Source: an uncultured delta proteobacterium
GTDB taxonomy: Bacteria > Desulfobacterota > RBG-13-43-22
Direction of reading: 5' to 3'
DNA: 64,000 nucleotides
Assembly: GCA_963843145.1 (NCBI GenBank)
Contig: CAWJJC010000028.1
Span: 576,001-640,000, forward strand
Within the stretch, counting starts at the first letter, position 1; every line of letters begins with the position of its first letter. Below, in pieces: positions 38,039 to 48,371 of the stretch. Both the position numbers and the translations under genes were made by a program. The notes beneath the pieces are model-generated. The model ran no database searches, was not told where the DNA came from, and saw only the letters and a program-made list of their open reading frames with translations.

Positions 38039-38725
38039 TTAGGAAAGTAAGGGAAGCAAGTCCCCGGGTTTTTCTATAAGCCACCGCGCTCCCTGAGCCC
38101 TGAGTTCATCGGCCTGGCGGAACCCCCAGAGGACTCCCACCGCTGCCATCCCGGCAGCGCCGGCCGTTTTCATGTCAATTCCGGTATCCCCCAAGTAGAT
38201 AAAATATTCCGGCGCGATTTGTAGGGCCTCGGCGATTTCAAGCGCCCCGGCCGGGTCGGGTTTCTTCGGAACCGAGGGCCGGGCCCCGAAGACCGGCCTA
38301 AACCGCCAGCGGGGCAAAAGCCTGGCCACCATGATTTGGGTGAAATGGTCCAATTTATTGGAAAGGATAGCCATCTTGAATCCCAGTCCGGTCAAGTGAT
38401 CCAATAATTCCGTGATCCCGGGGTAGGGGCGGGTCTTGTTTTCCCAGCGGCGACTGTATTCCTCCCGCAACGCCCCCAGGCAGTGATCCAGTAATTCCGG
38501 CCGGAGTTGATCCTCGGGCAGGGCCCTTCGGATCAGGGCTTCCACCCCCTCACCCACGAAGTATTTATAGGCGTTGAGGGTATGGCTGGGAAAACCAAGG
38601 TCCGTGAGGACCTGATTCATGGAATCCGCCAGATCTTCAATGGTATCCAGCAGGGTTCCGTCGAGGTCAAAAATAATGCCCGCGTATTTCAATTTAATTT
38701 CCATTTTTGAATCCCGATTATCCAT
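38039..38725 (-). CDS. HAD-superfamily hydrolase (phosphoglycolate phosphatase-like)
   Basis: FDLDGTLLDT, LSNK, KKPDP, GDTGIDM, VLWGFR. Confidence 0.92.
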   Translation of the reverse strand: MDNRDSKMEIKLKYAGIIFDLDGTLLDTIEDLADSMNQVLTDLGFPSHTLNAYKYFVGEGVEALIRRALPEDQLRPELLDHCLGALREEYSRRWENKTRPYPGITELLDHLTGLGFKMAILSNKLDHFTQIMVARLLPRWRFRPVFGARPSVPKKPDPAGALEIAEALQIAPEYFIYLGDTGIDMKTAGAAGMAAVGVLWGFRQADELRAQGARWLIEKPGDLLPLLS

Positions 38726-38753
38726 TGACTACTCCCGGCTAATTCCATATAGT

Positions 38754-38990
38754 TTAATACGAAAATAGAATTGATCACCGCTTTTTAGGCGTTTTGTTTT
38801 TGCCGTCATCCCGGACTCGATCCGGGATCCAGGTGACCCAGGACCTTCACTGCCCTGGATTCCGGCCATTCGACAATGCTCATGGCCCTGAGCTAGCCGA
38901 AGGGCATTCGCCGGAATGACGACCTAACAAATTGAATAAAAATAAATTTTCATGCTTCGGGGTGCCCGCCCCGGGCATGGGGGTTTAGTA
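38754..38990. repeat. TTAATACGAAAATA...TTTTCATGCTTCG shell with nested REP (38805-38920)
   Basis: ends match copies at 55151-55346 and 55346-55498. Confidence 0.75.
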
Positions 38991-39015
38991 CTCAAATAGA
39001 GGAGGTAACGACCCC

Positions 39016-39558
39016 ATGGCGGAACTAGTGGACATTCTTAAAGGCCGTAGATCCATTCGAAATTACCATGCCCAGGAGATCCCGGAAGAGGTCTTGGCGC
39101 ATATATTGGAGGCCGTGCAATGGTCGCCTTCCTGGGCCAATACCCAATGCTGGGAGGTTATTGTCGTCAAAAACAAGGACACCATGCAGAAACTCCAGGA
39201 GACCTTGTCCCAGGGCAATCCGGCCACGCGGGCCATGGTGGAGGCGCCGGCGATTTTAGTGCTCTGCGGTAAACAGGGCGTTTCCGGCTCCTACAAGGGG
39301 CAGGTGACCACCAAGTTCGGTGACTGGTTCATGTTTGACCTGGGCCTGGCCACCCAGAGCCTCTGTCTGGCCGCCTGGAATCTGGGTTTGGGTACGGTGG
39401 TGGTCGGACTCTTTGATCATAATCGAGCGGCCGCTGTCCTGGGGGTACCCGCAGGCTATGAACTTGTAGCCATGGTGCCCTTAGGCTATCCGGCCAAGCA
39501 ACCGGCAGCCCCCAAACGAAGAGAGATCAGCGCGTTCACCCACCACGAAAAATTTTGA
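39016..39558 (+). CDS. nitroreductase family protein
   Basis: RRSIRNY, SPSWANTQCW, LAAWNLGLGT, PLGYP. Confidence 0.92.
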   Translation: MAELVDILKGRRSIRNYHAQEIPEEVLAHILEAVQWSPSWANTQCWEVIVVKNKDTMQKLQETLSQGNPATRAMVEAPAILVLCGKQGVSGSYKGQVTTKFGDWFMFDLGLATQSLCLAAWNLGLGTVVVGLFDHNRAAAVLGVPAGYELVAMVPLGYPAKQPAAPKRREISAFTHHEKF

Positions 39559-39561
39559 TTG

Positions 39562-39739
39562 TAAATTCGAAATCCGAAACACGAAATCCGAAACAAACTC
39601 AAATGACCAAAATTCGAAATCCAAAACCCCCCTGGCTGTGAACCGCCCCGGTCTACCCAAACAGAGAATCCGTTTCGATCATTTGAATTTTGAACATTGC
39701 TTTTTGTTTCGGATTTCGGATTTCGAGTTTCGAATTTAG
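39562..39739. repeat. heptad palindromic element copy 3 (inverted)
   Basis: TAAATTCGAAATCCGAAACACGAAA...TTTCGAGTTTCGAATTTAG. Confidence 0.9.
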
Positions 39740-39763
39740 GTCCAAAAGGTTGCCTGTCTCTTA

Positions 39764-40501
39764 CTATCTCTTGAAGAGGTGTTTGATTGCCCCCCAGCCC
39801 ATTTTGCGGCGTAACATACCAAGCTGATCCTGTAAGGGGAGTTGTTTGGGGCAGACATCTTCGCAGCCCAATAAGCCCATACAACCGAAAATGCCTGCAT
39901 CGGTCCCGACCACTTCAAAGTACTCCCGCTCCCGACGCTGGTCCCGGGGGTCGAGCATGAACCGGGCGATACGATTCAGGGCCACGGCCCCGATAAAATC
40001 CGGACGCATGTTGGCCGTGCCGCAGGCGGCTACGCAACAACCGCATTCCACACAGCGCTCCAATTCGTAGATTTCGTCGGCCAGGCGGTTATCCATCCGC
40101 TCTTCCGGCGCCGTGGGGTCTAAGACTCTGTCGGTATGAATCCAGGACTGGACCTGTTCGTTCATTCCCCGAAACCAGGTCCCCGTATCCACGGATAAAT
40201 CTCCCACCAGTTTGAAAACCGGCAATGGGAGCAGGGTGATATCCTCGGGCAGGTCCTTGGTCTTGGTATGACAGGCCAGGTCGGGTCGGCCGTTGATCAG
40301 CATGGCGCAAGACCCGCAGATACCGGCCCGGCAGCAGAAATCAAACTGCAGGCTGGAATCCTGCTCCTCCCGGATGCGGTTCAGGGCCAGAAACAAGGTC
40401 AGGCTGTCCGTTTCCTCCACCTGAAAATCCTGCATCCGGGGTTGGGAATCGGGATCCAGCGGGTTGTAGCGAAAGATATGAAAAGTCAGCAAGCGGGCCA
40501 T
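39764..40501 (-). CDS. frdB: fumarate reductase Fe-S subunit
   Basis: CRAGICGSCAM..C; CVECGCCVAAC; CMGLLGCEDVCP. Confidence 0.93.
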   Translation of the reverse strand: MARLLTFHIFRYNPLDPDSQPRMQDFQVEETDSLTLFLALNRIREEQDSSLQFDFCCRAGICGSCAMLINGRPDLACHTKTKDLPEDITLLPLPVFKLVGDLSVDTGTWFRGMNEQVQSWIHTDRVLDPTAPEERMDNRLADEIYELERCVECGCCVAACGTANMRPDFIGAVALNRIARFMLDPRDQRREREYFEVVGTDAGIFGCMGLLGCEDVCPKQLPLQDQLGMLRRKMGWGAIKHLFKR

Positions 40502-40531
40502 GGTTTCAAAACTCCTTATCCAATTTAGCCA

Positions 40532-42409
40532 TTATTCATTCATCAGCGGCGGTTCCTCTTCCGGTTGGACCAGACCGCAAACCGTGGGGTCTTCCGAACA
40601 GATAATCTTACAGACTCCGTAGCCGCGCTCTCCCGGGGGGATTTCCCAGACCCTGGAGTTCGGTTCGTAATTCAAGGTGGGCAGGGAGGCGCCTTCTTCC
40701 CAGGTAGCCAGGGTTCGCTTGAGCCAATCCTTATCGTTGCGTTCCGGATAATCCTCCCGGGCATGGCAGCCCCGGCTCTCGGTGCGCACCAGGGCCCCGT
40801 AAGCCACGCATAAAGCCAGGCGGACCATTCCCGGGAAGCGGATAGCCAGGGCCAACTCGGGATTGGCCCCGAGGCCGTTGGATTTCAGCCCGACTCGTTG
40901 GGCCCGATCATAGATCGCCTGCAAGCCTTCCACCGCCTGACGCAAGTCGCCTTCGTTGCGGAAGATGGCCACGCGGTCCATCAGGGTGTCCTGCATTTCA
41001 TTGCGTAAAGCGTACACGTTTTCCCGGCCGTCGCTTCTGCGGATGAGTCGCTGGATCCGCTCTTCATCTTTTTGAACGGTAGCCTGAACCACGGCCGTTT
41101 TAAATTCTACCTGATAGCCTTCCAAAAAATCAGCTACTTTTTGACCGATGATCCGTCCGGCCACAATCGTTTCAGCCAAGGAATTTCCCCCCAGCCGATT
41201 AAACCCATGCATATCCCAGCAGGCAGCTTCCCCGGCGGAGAAAAGGCCTCTCAAACCATAGGCCGCCCCGTCCTTATTGGTCCGCACCCCACCCATGCTG
41301 TAGTGCTGGGCCGGTCGGACCGGTATCATCTGGGTGATGGGATCGATTCCCAAAAACTTATTGCAGATTTCTTCGACTTCCCGGAGCTTGGTCTTGATAT
41401 GTTGGGCCCCCAGGTGGCGGATATCCAGCCAGAGATGGTCGCCGTAAGGGCCCTTGACGCCCTTCCCTTCGCGGATATGGTGGGTCATCCAGCGGGAAAC
41501 CACATCCCGTGAGGCCAGTTCCTGCTTGCCGGGCTCGTAAATGTTCATGAATCGTTCTTCGTTCACATCCTTCAAGGTTCCGCCGTCTCCCCGGCAGCCT
41601 TCGGTCACCAGAATATTGGTGGGCACGATTCCGGTGGGATGGAACTGTACGGCTTCCATGTTTCCCAGAGGGACGATTCCCGTATCCAGGGCGATAATCG
41701 CCCCACTGCCGTCGTTGATCACGGCATTGGTCGTTTCCCGGTAAACCCGGCCATAACCCCCGGTAGCGATCAGCGTGGCTTTGGCCAGATAGGCTCGCAG
41801 TTGGCCGGTCTTCAGGCAGCGAGCGACGGCCCCCTGACAGGTGACTCCGTCGTGGATCAACGAGATGGCTTCCACCCGGTCGTGGACGGTCACGCCCAAC
41901 TGGACGACCACATTGTCCATGGTGAACAGCAGGGTATGTCCGGTACCGTCGGAGGTGTAGCAGGTCCGCCACTTGGCAGTGCCCCCGAAATCTCGGGCGG
42001 TGATCAGGCCTTCTCTCTCCTGGGGCTCGATTTTTTCGTATTGCTTGCCGGTCTTGTAATAGGTGCTTTTTCCCGAGACCACCCGGTTCCAGGGGATGCC
42101 CCAATGGGCCATCTCGCGGACGGCGAGCGGGGCCGTTTCGGCAAACAGTCGGGCCACCTCTTGATCGCATCCCCAATCCGAACCCTTGACCGTGTCGGAA
42201 AAGTGGATATCCGGGCAGTCCCCATCTCCCATGCAGCAGTTGCCTAAAGAGGCCTGCATTCCGCCCTGGGCCGCGGCGGAATGGGAACGCCGCGGGGGGA
42301 CCACGCTGAGGCAGACGGTTTTAAAACCGCGGGAAGCGGCCTCCACGGCTACCCGTTCGCCGGCCAGGCCGGCTCCTATGGACAGCAGATCGGTATAAAA
42401 GGTTTCCAT
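40532..42409 (-). CDS. frdA: fumarate reductase flavoprotein
   Basis: GAGLAG, RSHSAAAQGG, QFHPT, EGCRGDGG, ELASRDVV, HYSMGG, HGFNRLGGNSL. Confidence 0.95.
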   Translation of the reverse strand: METFYTDLLSIGAGLAGERVAVEAASRGFKTVCLSVVPPRRSHSAAAQGGMQASLGNCCMGDGDCPDIHFSDTVKGSDWGCDQEVARLFAETAPLAVREMAHWGIPWNRVVSGKSTYYKTGKQYEKIEPQEREGLITARDFGGTAKWRTCYTSDGTGHTLLFTMDNVVVQLGVTVHDRVEAISLIHDGVTCQGAVARCLKTGQLRAYLAKATLIATGGYGRVYRETTNAVINDGSGAIIALDTGIVPLGNMEAVQFHPTGIVPTNILVTEGCRGDGGTLKDVNEERFMNIYEPGKQELASRDVVSRWMTHHIREGKGVKGPYGDHLWLDIRHLGAQHIKTKLREVEEICNKFLGIDPITQMIPVRPAQHYSMGGVRTNKDGAAYGLRGLFSAGEAACWDMHGFNRLGGNSLAETIVAGRIIGQKVADFLEGYQVEFKTAVVQATVQKDEERIQRLIRRSDGRENVYALRNEMQDTLMDRVAIFRNEGDLRQAVEGLQAIYDRAQRVGLKSNGLGANPELALAIRFPGMVRLALCVAYGALVRTESRGCHAREDYPERNDKDWLKRTLATWEEGASLPTLNYEPNSRVWEIPPGERGYGVCKIICSEDPTVCGLVQPEEEPPLMNE

Positions 42410-42423
42410 CGCTAGGGCCTCAA

Positions 42424-43074
42424 TTAGAATTGAATGACATAAAAAGTATACAGGGTGATCGCTCCGATCAGGATAAAGACCAGGGTCAAGAGATTTTCAA
42501 AACGTTTAAAAAAGTGGCGTCGCGCCCGGGTGATGACGCCCCATTTAACGCCGATCCGGTAGAAACCGATGCCCACGTGAAGTTCGACCAGGGGCAGCAG
42601 GACCAGGTAAAAGGCCAGCCAGTAGCCGCCCTGGATCCGGGCCGCGCTTTTGGCCGCGGTGATCGGCAGATTGGTCAAAACGGTCCACATATGGATGCCG
42701 CCCATGATCAAGATAATCATGGCGGTCACCGCCTGAACCACCCACAGCCAGGTGTCCAGGTGGTGTAACCGTTTGCTGTGAATCCAGATTGCCTGTTGTT
42801 CCTGGCTGCGAAAGGGGACCTTGCGGGCCGCCAGGATAAAGTGGCCTAAAAAGACCACTCCGATCAAGGGACCACCGGTCTGGGCCAGGTAGGTGTGCTC
42901 CAAGAAGCCGGCAATGCTATTCATCACTCCGGGCCCCAGGTTGATACTGGCCACCAGGATCATGTGGGACCACATAAATAAAATCAAACCCGCCCCGGTG
43001 AGCATCTGGATAAAATCCAGGTAGGCTGCCGTCCGAATATTTCCCTGGGTTTGAACGCTCGTTTGCACCGCCAT
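42424..43074 (-). CDS. frdC: fumarate reductase cytochrome b subunit
   Basis: 5 TM helices with His ligands (WSHM, GHF, IHMW, LHV); start MAVQ after AAGGGAGG. Confidence 0.9.
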   Translation of the reverse strand: MAVQTSVQTQGNIRTAAYLDFIQMLTGAGLILFMWSHMILVASINLGPGVMNSIAGFLEHTYLAQTGGPLIGVVFLGHFILAARKVPFRSQEQQAIWIHSKRLHHLDTWLWVVQAVTAMIILIMGGIHMWTVLTNLPITAAKSAARIQGGYWLAFYLVLLPLVELHVGIGFYRIGVKWGVITRARRHFFKRFENLLTLVFILIGAITLYTFYVIQF

Positions 43075-43088
43075 CAGGCCTCCCTTCT

Positions 43089-43301
43089 TAAAACTCGAAA
43101 TTCGAAGCACGAAACTCGAAACAAGCACGAAGGTCCAAAATTCAAATGACCAAAACAGCTTTCCCGCCCTGCCCGGGAGGGAGTGAGCATCGGATCCCCC
43201 CACCTTGGTGGACCGCTGCGGTTCAGGGGCAGGTTTTTTGAAATTCGAATTTTGGTCATTTGAATTTGTTTCGGATTTCGGATTTCGGGTTTCGGATTTA
43301 G
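43089..43301. repeat. heptad palindromic element copy 4
   Basis: TAAAACTCGAAATTCGAAGCACGAA...TTTCGGGTTTCGGATTTAG. Confidence 0.9.
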
Positions 43302-43323
43302 CTAAAATTCAAATAATTTTTGG

Positions 43324-43764
43324 CTAGACTTTATAGGGGTTGATCACCATGACCGGCACCGGGGCATTCTTGACCACATTTTCGGCCACGCTCCCGAAAA
43401 AAGTCCGATCCAGGCCTTTTCGTCCATGGGTCCCCATAATGATCAAATCAATTTTTTTATTTTCAGCATAGTGGATTATCTCCGTAGCGGCATCTCCGCT
43501 GAGCACTCTGGTGGTGCAGGCGTTAAAATTTTCATCGGCGACCCGGGATATCATTTTTTGCGCGTTTTCCAGGACTTCGTTTTCCAGTTGGTCGAGGGAG
43601 GGATGGGGCACATGAAAGCTGGTCAAGTATTTGAAATCACGAACAACATAAAGTAGGTGCACCTGCCCTTGAAAGGCCTGGGCCATGGCAACCACATAGG
43701 GAATTATTTTTTTGGAAGACTCAGAGAAATCAAGGGGGAAGAGGATATTTTTAAAGGTTTTCAT
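43324..43764 (-). CDS. universal stress protein
   Basis: ILFPLDFS, IIMGTHGRKGL..FFGSVAENVV..APVPVMVI. Confidence 0.93.
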   Translation of the reverse strand: MKTFKNILFPLDFSESSKKIIPYVVAMAQAFQGQVHLLYVVRDFKYLTSFHVPHPSLDQLENEVLENAQKMISRVADENFNACTTRVLSGDAATEIIHYAENKKIDLIIMGTHGRKGLDRTFFGSVAENVVKNAPVPVMVINPYKV

Positions 43765-44004
43765 ATTTTCCTCCGGTTGTTCAAAAAGTCCGGTTATTTT
43801 ATATCAGTGAGGCCCAAAGTTGTCAAGGGAAAGGAAGGCATCTCTTTCGTTGACATCCTCTTGAATTTCTTGCTAATCTTATTGACAAACCAAATCTTAC
43901 GGAATGGGGTTGCAGCCCTTCCTTAAAATGGCGTGAAAGCGAACGACCGAGTCCGATGGGGCAGAAGTTCCGGGATCGGATCGAGATCCTTTGAAGGTGA
44001 ACGG

Positions 44005-44580
44005 GTGGCGCTTAAATTTTTACAGTTGCTTTATCTCTTTCAGCAATATGGCTACCTGATTATTTTTGTCGGCACCTTTTTTGAGGGGGAGACCACCCTG
44101 GTCCTGGGGGGATTGTTGGCCAACCAGGACTATTTGAATTTCTGGCTGGTGGTTGGGACGGCCGTTTCGGCTTCCTATATCGGCCACGTCGTTTTTTATT
44201 TTTTGGGCAAGACCTCTTCCGTCTGGATTTTGGGAAGGTTTCCCGCCTTAAGAATCAAGATCGAACAGGCCGAATATTTTATCCGGCGCTATGAAACCCT
44301 GAGCCTGTTTATCACCCAGTATGTGTTCGGTATCCGCCTGGCCAGCGCCCTCAGTTTTGGAATTTTGGATATGAAGATTTCCAAATTCCTTTCCCTGCAG
44401 CTCATCAGTTGCCTGGTCTGGGCGATACTCTTCGCCACCTTGGGGTATTGGGTGGGCTCATCTTTGGATAGCCTGATCAAAAATATTGAGAGGGCTCTTC
44501 TGGCTATTCTCTTTCTGGGAATCGCTTTCGCCTTTGCCGGCCGCAAGTTTTTCGAATATTGGTTTCGTCGCCGCCATTAG
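44005..44580 (+). CDS. DedA family membrane protein
   Basis: YGYLIIFVGTFFEGET, QYVFGIR; start uncertain. Confidence 0.85.
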   Translation: MALKFLQLLYLFQQYGYLIIFVGTFFEGETTLVLGGLLANQDYLNFWLVVGTAVSASYIGHVVFYFLGKTSSVWILGRFPALRIKIEQAEYFIRRYETLSLFITQYVFGIRLASALSFGILDMKISKFLSLQLISCLVWAILFATLGYWVGSSLDSLIKNIERALLAILFLGIAFAFAGRKFFEYWFRRRH

Positions 44581-44605
44581 AGTATGATATAATAATAAAT
44601 GGTTG

Positions 44606-44914
44606 TTCGCCCTTTTGGGTGGGTGGCCACAGTATAGGGGAGATTAATCTAAAATCGATTCTCCGTGGCCGAAGGGTCTCGGCGAAAGGGTTTGCCAAAG
44701 GTATTCCGGACTTCGAATCCGGGCCTAAATTACTAATTTTTTTTGAAGCAGGCCCAAACGCAGAGACATTTGATGCCTTCCAGGCCAGCCCTGCCTCCAG
44801 GAAGATTTGAAAACACGAGGGCCGGGTTAGAACCTAAAAAGCAATATGGCAAACCCTTTCGCCGAGACCCTTCGGCCATACCAGATATGGGGGGTACCCA
44901 CCCAAAAGGGCGAA
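44606..44914. repeat. doubly nested inverted-repeat element
   Basis: perfect 19-bp outer IR (44606-24/44896-914) and perfect 32-bp inner IR (44666-97/44847-78). Confidence 0.85.
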
Positions 44915-44964
44915 GCGTCTAATAAATTAAGTTTGATCATCTCCAATTAGAAAGGCCAGCCGTT

Positions 44965-46824
44965 ATGGCGATAGAAAAAAAGACCCATTTTTCCATCTGG
45001 TATTTCGTTGGGGCCATGCTCATCTTGATGGCTTTCCAGTCATATTTTCTGAGTGATCAGGTGGGCCAGTTGCCCTACAACGAGTTCAAAAAACTGCTTA
45101 AAGCGAATCAGTTGAATGACATCGTTATTTATGATGAGATCATCTCCGGAAAGGTAAAAACCGGAGGGCTGGAAGGGATCGTTTCCCCCGAGACCGCCAA
45201 GATGTTGGGGAAGGAAAAAGGCGAGCGGTCCTTCATTACCGCCAGGGTTCAGGACCCCGATCTAATAAAAGATCTGGAACAGGAAGGGGTAAAATTCACC
45301 GGGCGGATTGAAAACAAAATCGTAAAATTTTTTACCAACTGGATTCTGCCCATGCTCTTTTTCATCCTGGTCTGGGGCTTCCTGATGAAACGGATGGGGG
45401 GCGCCAGCGGCGGCTTGATGTCTATCGGGAAGAGCAAAGCCAAGATCTATATGGAAAAAGACATCAATATCCGCTTTGAAGACGTAGCCGGGATCGATGA
45501 AGCCAAAGAAGAACTGCAAGAAGTCATCGAATTTTTGAAAAACCCCCAGAAATTTCAGCGATTGGGCGGAAAGATTCCTAAGGGGGTTCTTTTAGTGGGG
45601 GCGCCGGGAACCGGCAAGACCCTGCTGGCCAAGGCGGTGGCCGGCGAGGCCAACGTCCCTTTTTTTAGCCTGAGCGGTTCCGATTTTGTCGAGATGTTTG
45701 TGGGGGTGGGAGCGGCCCGGGTCAGGGACCTATTTACTCAAGCCCAGAACAAGGCCCCCTGCATCATCTTTATCGATGAACTGGATGCGCTGGGCAAAGC
45801 CCGGGGGATCAACCCCATGGGCGGCCATGATGAACGGGAGCAAACCCTGAATCAATTATTAGTGGAAATGGACGGCTTCTCGACCGATAAGGGCGTGATC
45901 ATCATGGCCGCGACCAACCGGCCGGAAATCCTCGATCCCGCCCTGTTGCGGCCCGGACGTTTCGACCGTCACGTGATGATCGACAAGCCGGACGTCAACG
46001 GCCGGGAGGCCATCCTCAAGGTGCACAGCAAGGAGGTGACCCTGGGGCCGAACGTGGACCTGCAAAAGATTGCCGCCCGGACCCCGGGTTTTGTGGGAGC
46101 CGATCTGGCCAATATTGTCAATGAGGCCGCTTTGCTGGCCGCCCGTAAAGACAAAAGCCAGGTGGAGATGGGGGACCTCGACGAGGCCATCGACCGGGTA
46201 GTGGCCGGCCTGGAAAAGAAAAATCGCCGGATGAACGAAAAAGAAAAAGAGATTGTGGCCTATCATGAATCCGGGCATGCCATCGTAGCCGAAGTCCTGC
46301 CAAACGCCGATCCGGTCCATAAGGTTTCCATCATTCCCCGGGGGGTGGCGGCCCTGGGCTACACCCAGCAACTGCCGATCGAAGACCGTTACCTGATGAC
46401 CAAAAAAGAATTGTTGGACAAGATAAGCGTTTTGTTCGGAGGTCGTTTAGCCGAAGAAATCATCTTTCAGGAGGTCTCCACCGGGGCGCAGAATGACCTG
46501 ATCCGGGCTACCGACATCGCTGAACGCATGGTTCGGGAATTCGGGATGAGCGATCTCGGGCTGGTGACCTTCGAAAAAGAACGGCGCCCCCTTTTCCTGG
46601 AAACCGGGCTGGGGTATGATACCGGCCGGCAGGTGAGCGAAGAAACCGCCCGCGGTATTGACGGAGAGGTGAAAAAGATTATTGAATTTTCCAGAAGCCA
46701 GACCCGGAAGATCCTGGAAGATCATCAGGCCCAGTTGAGGATCCTGGCCCAACGTTTATTAGAAAAAGAAGTGGTGGAAGGCGAAGAACTTCGTGAAATC
46801 CTCAAGGGTGAGGCGGTTGAATAA
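44965..46824 (+). CDS. ftsH: ATP-dependent Zn metalloprotease FtsH
   Basis: 2 [41 protein letters not shown]. Confidence 0.97.
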   Translation: MAIEKKTHFSIWYFVGAMLILMAFQSYFLSDQVGQLPYNEFKKLLKANQLNDIVIYDEIISGKVKTGGLEGIVSPETAKMLGKEKGERSFITARVQDPDLIKDLEQEGVKFTGRIENKIVKFFTNWILPMLFFILVWGFLMKRMGGASGGLMSIGKSKAKIYMEKDINIRFEDVAGIDEAKEELQEVIEFLKNPQKFQRLGGKIPKGVLLVGAPGTGKTLLAKAVAGEANVPFFSLSGSDFVEMFVGVGAARVRDLFTQAQNKAPCIIFIDELDALGKARGINPMGGHDEREQTLNQLLVEMDGFSTDKGVIIMAATNRPEILDPALLRPGRFDRHVMIDKPDVNGREAILKVHSKEVTLGPNVDLQKIAARTPGFVGADLANIVNEAALLAARKDKSQVEMGDLDEAIDRVVAGLEKKNRRMNEKEKEIVAYHESGHAIVAEVLPNADPVHKVSIIPRGVAALGYTQQLPIEDRYLMTKKELLDKISVLFGGRLAEEIIFQEVSTGAQNDLIRATDIAERMVREFGMSDLGLVTFEKERRPLFLETGLGYDTGRQVSEETARGIDGEVKKIIEFSRSQTRKILEDHQAQLRILAQRLLEKEVVEGEELREILKGEAVE

Positions 46825-46833
46825 TTTCTCTTA

Positions 46834-47191
46834 GGTAAACCCCCCGGCTTTGCCGGGGGATTCTCAAAGTTTGACAGTTCCGGGAACAGTCCTTGGGCTG
46901 TTTAAGAATAACGCCCCGATGGAAATCAATATTCCCGGCAAGTAGTCATTCCGGACTTGATCCGGAATCTAGGAACTTGGCCGAGCTTGGGAGAGCCCTG
47001 GACCCCGGCCATTCGACAAAGCTCATGGCCCTGAGTAAGCCGAAGGGCTTTCGCCGGGGTGACGACTGAAGAGATTTGTGGGGATGCGGACTATCCCAAA
47101 GGTTCAGCCCCATAAAGTATGAATATCCGGTCAGGCCCCTTTGAGGGGCCGGCAAATTTCAAGCCTCCGGGTTTGCCGGAGTTGGATGACT
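46834..47191. mobile_element. non-autonomous IS200/IS605-type remnant with nested REP (46945-47063)
   Basis: end hairpins CCCCCGGCTTTGCCGGGGG and AAGCCTCCGGGTTTGCCGGAG; no tnpA. Confidence 0.65.
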
Positions 47192-47213
47192 CTGGACTGC
47201 GCTAAAGGACGGC

Positions 47214-48275
47214 ATGATGATTTTTAGCCAGGAAAATCGCCTGTATTCCCTTTGGACCCGATATAAATTTGTGCCGCTTCCTTGGAAGATCCTGCCGATT
47301 GTAGCTCTGCTGGCGGCGATTTTCTCTCTGGATCATCACTGGATCCCCTCCGGTTCCATTCCCCTGGAAGTATTACACCGGCTGTATTATCTGCCGATCG
47401 TCCTCAGCGGCCTGCTTTTTGGGCTGTGGGGAGGATTTTTCTCCGCCACTCTCGTCAGCCTGTTATTTCTCCTTCATTGGCTGGGCGTACCTGATCTTTC
47501 CGCAAATCACTCCGGGTCCTGGGAGGAGATCGTCCTGTTTTACACTTTTGGCCTGCTCATCGGGTTGCTGGTGGACCGGGAACGGATTGAGAGTCAGCGC
47601 CGTCAGGATCAGGAACATTTAGCCGTCCTGGGAGAAGCCGCCGCCACCGTGGCCCACGAATTAAAAAACCCGGTCATCACTATTGGGGCCAACATCCTGC
47701 GGATGCAGAAAAGGGCCGAGCCCGGCGACCCGACCTACGACCGTCTTGGCCTTATTTACCAGGAATGCCAGCGTGTTGAAATGCTGCTCAAGGACATGGT
47801 AAATTTTGCCCGGCCCATCGATTTAACTTTTGGCCCTACGGAGGTGAATGACCTGGTTCGGAAGGTAATAGAAATGGTGATCCCCCAAGCCGAAAAAAAA
47901 CAGGTCGAACTCAGCACCAACCTGGATGGGAACCTGCCGCTGGTCCTGACGGATCAGACTCGGATGACCCAGGTATTCTATAATTTGATCATGAATGCCG
48001 TCCAGGCCTCTTCGCCGGAAGACCGTATCCTGATTCGAACGGAAAAGAAAAGGAACCAGATTAGTGTCGAATTCGCGGACACCGGTTGCGGTATTCCCCC
48101 GGAATTGCAATCAAAGATTTTTGACCCCTTTTTTTCCACAAAAAAGGACGGATCGGGCATGGGACTGGCTATTTCCAAAAGAATCGTGGACCTGCACCAG
48201 GGGAAGCTGTTTTGCCAAACCAATTCGCCCCAGGGGGCCATCTTTACTATTTTCCTGCCTATCAAGAAAATTTAA
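47214..48275 (+). CDS. membrane sensor histidine kinase
   Basis: N-terminal TMs, VAHELKNP, NLIMNA, DTGCGI, FDPFFSTK, GSGMGL. Confidence 0.9.
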   Translation: MMIFSQENRLYSLWTRYKFVPLPWKILPIVALLAAIFSLDHHWIPSGSIPLEVLHRLYYLPIVLSGLLFGLWGGFFSATLVSLLFLLHWLGVPDLSANHSGSWEEIVLFYTFGLLIGLLVDRERIESQRRQDQEHLAVLGEAAATVAHELKNPVITIGANILRMQKRAEPGDPTYDRLGLIYQECQRVEMLLKDMVNFARPIDLTFGPTEVNDLVRKVIEMVIPQAEKKQVELSTNLDGNLPLVLTDQTRMTQVFYNLIMNAVQASSPEDRILIRTEKKRNQISVEFADTGCGIPPELQSKIFDPFFSTKKDGSGMGLAISKRIVDLHQGKLFCQTNSPQGAIFTIFLPIKKI

Positions 48276-48371
48276 TTTGCCGGCCTACTTAACTTTTATA
48301 GACCCCGTTGGTCTATAGGACCAGGATGGACCGGAATAACTTCGGACTCTGGTTATAGAAAAGGAAGATTG

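Noticed and set aside
43880-44004. Riboswitch (fluoride or Mn) upstream of dedA
   Set aside because: Conserved core nucleotides of those classes were not found
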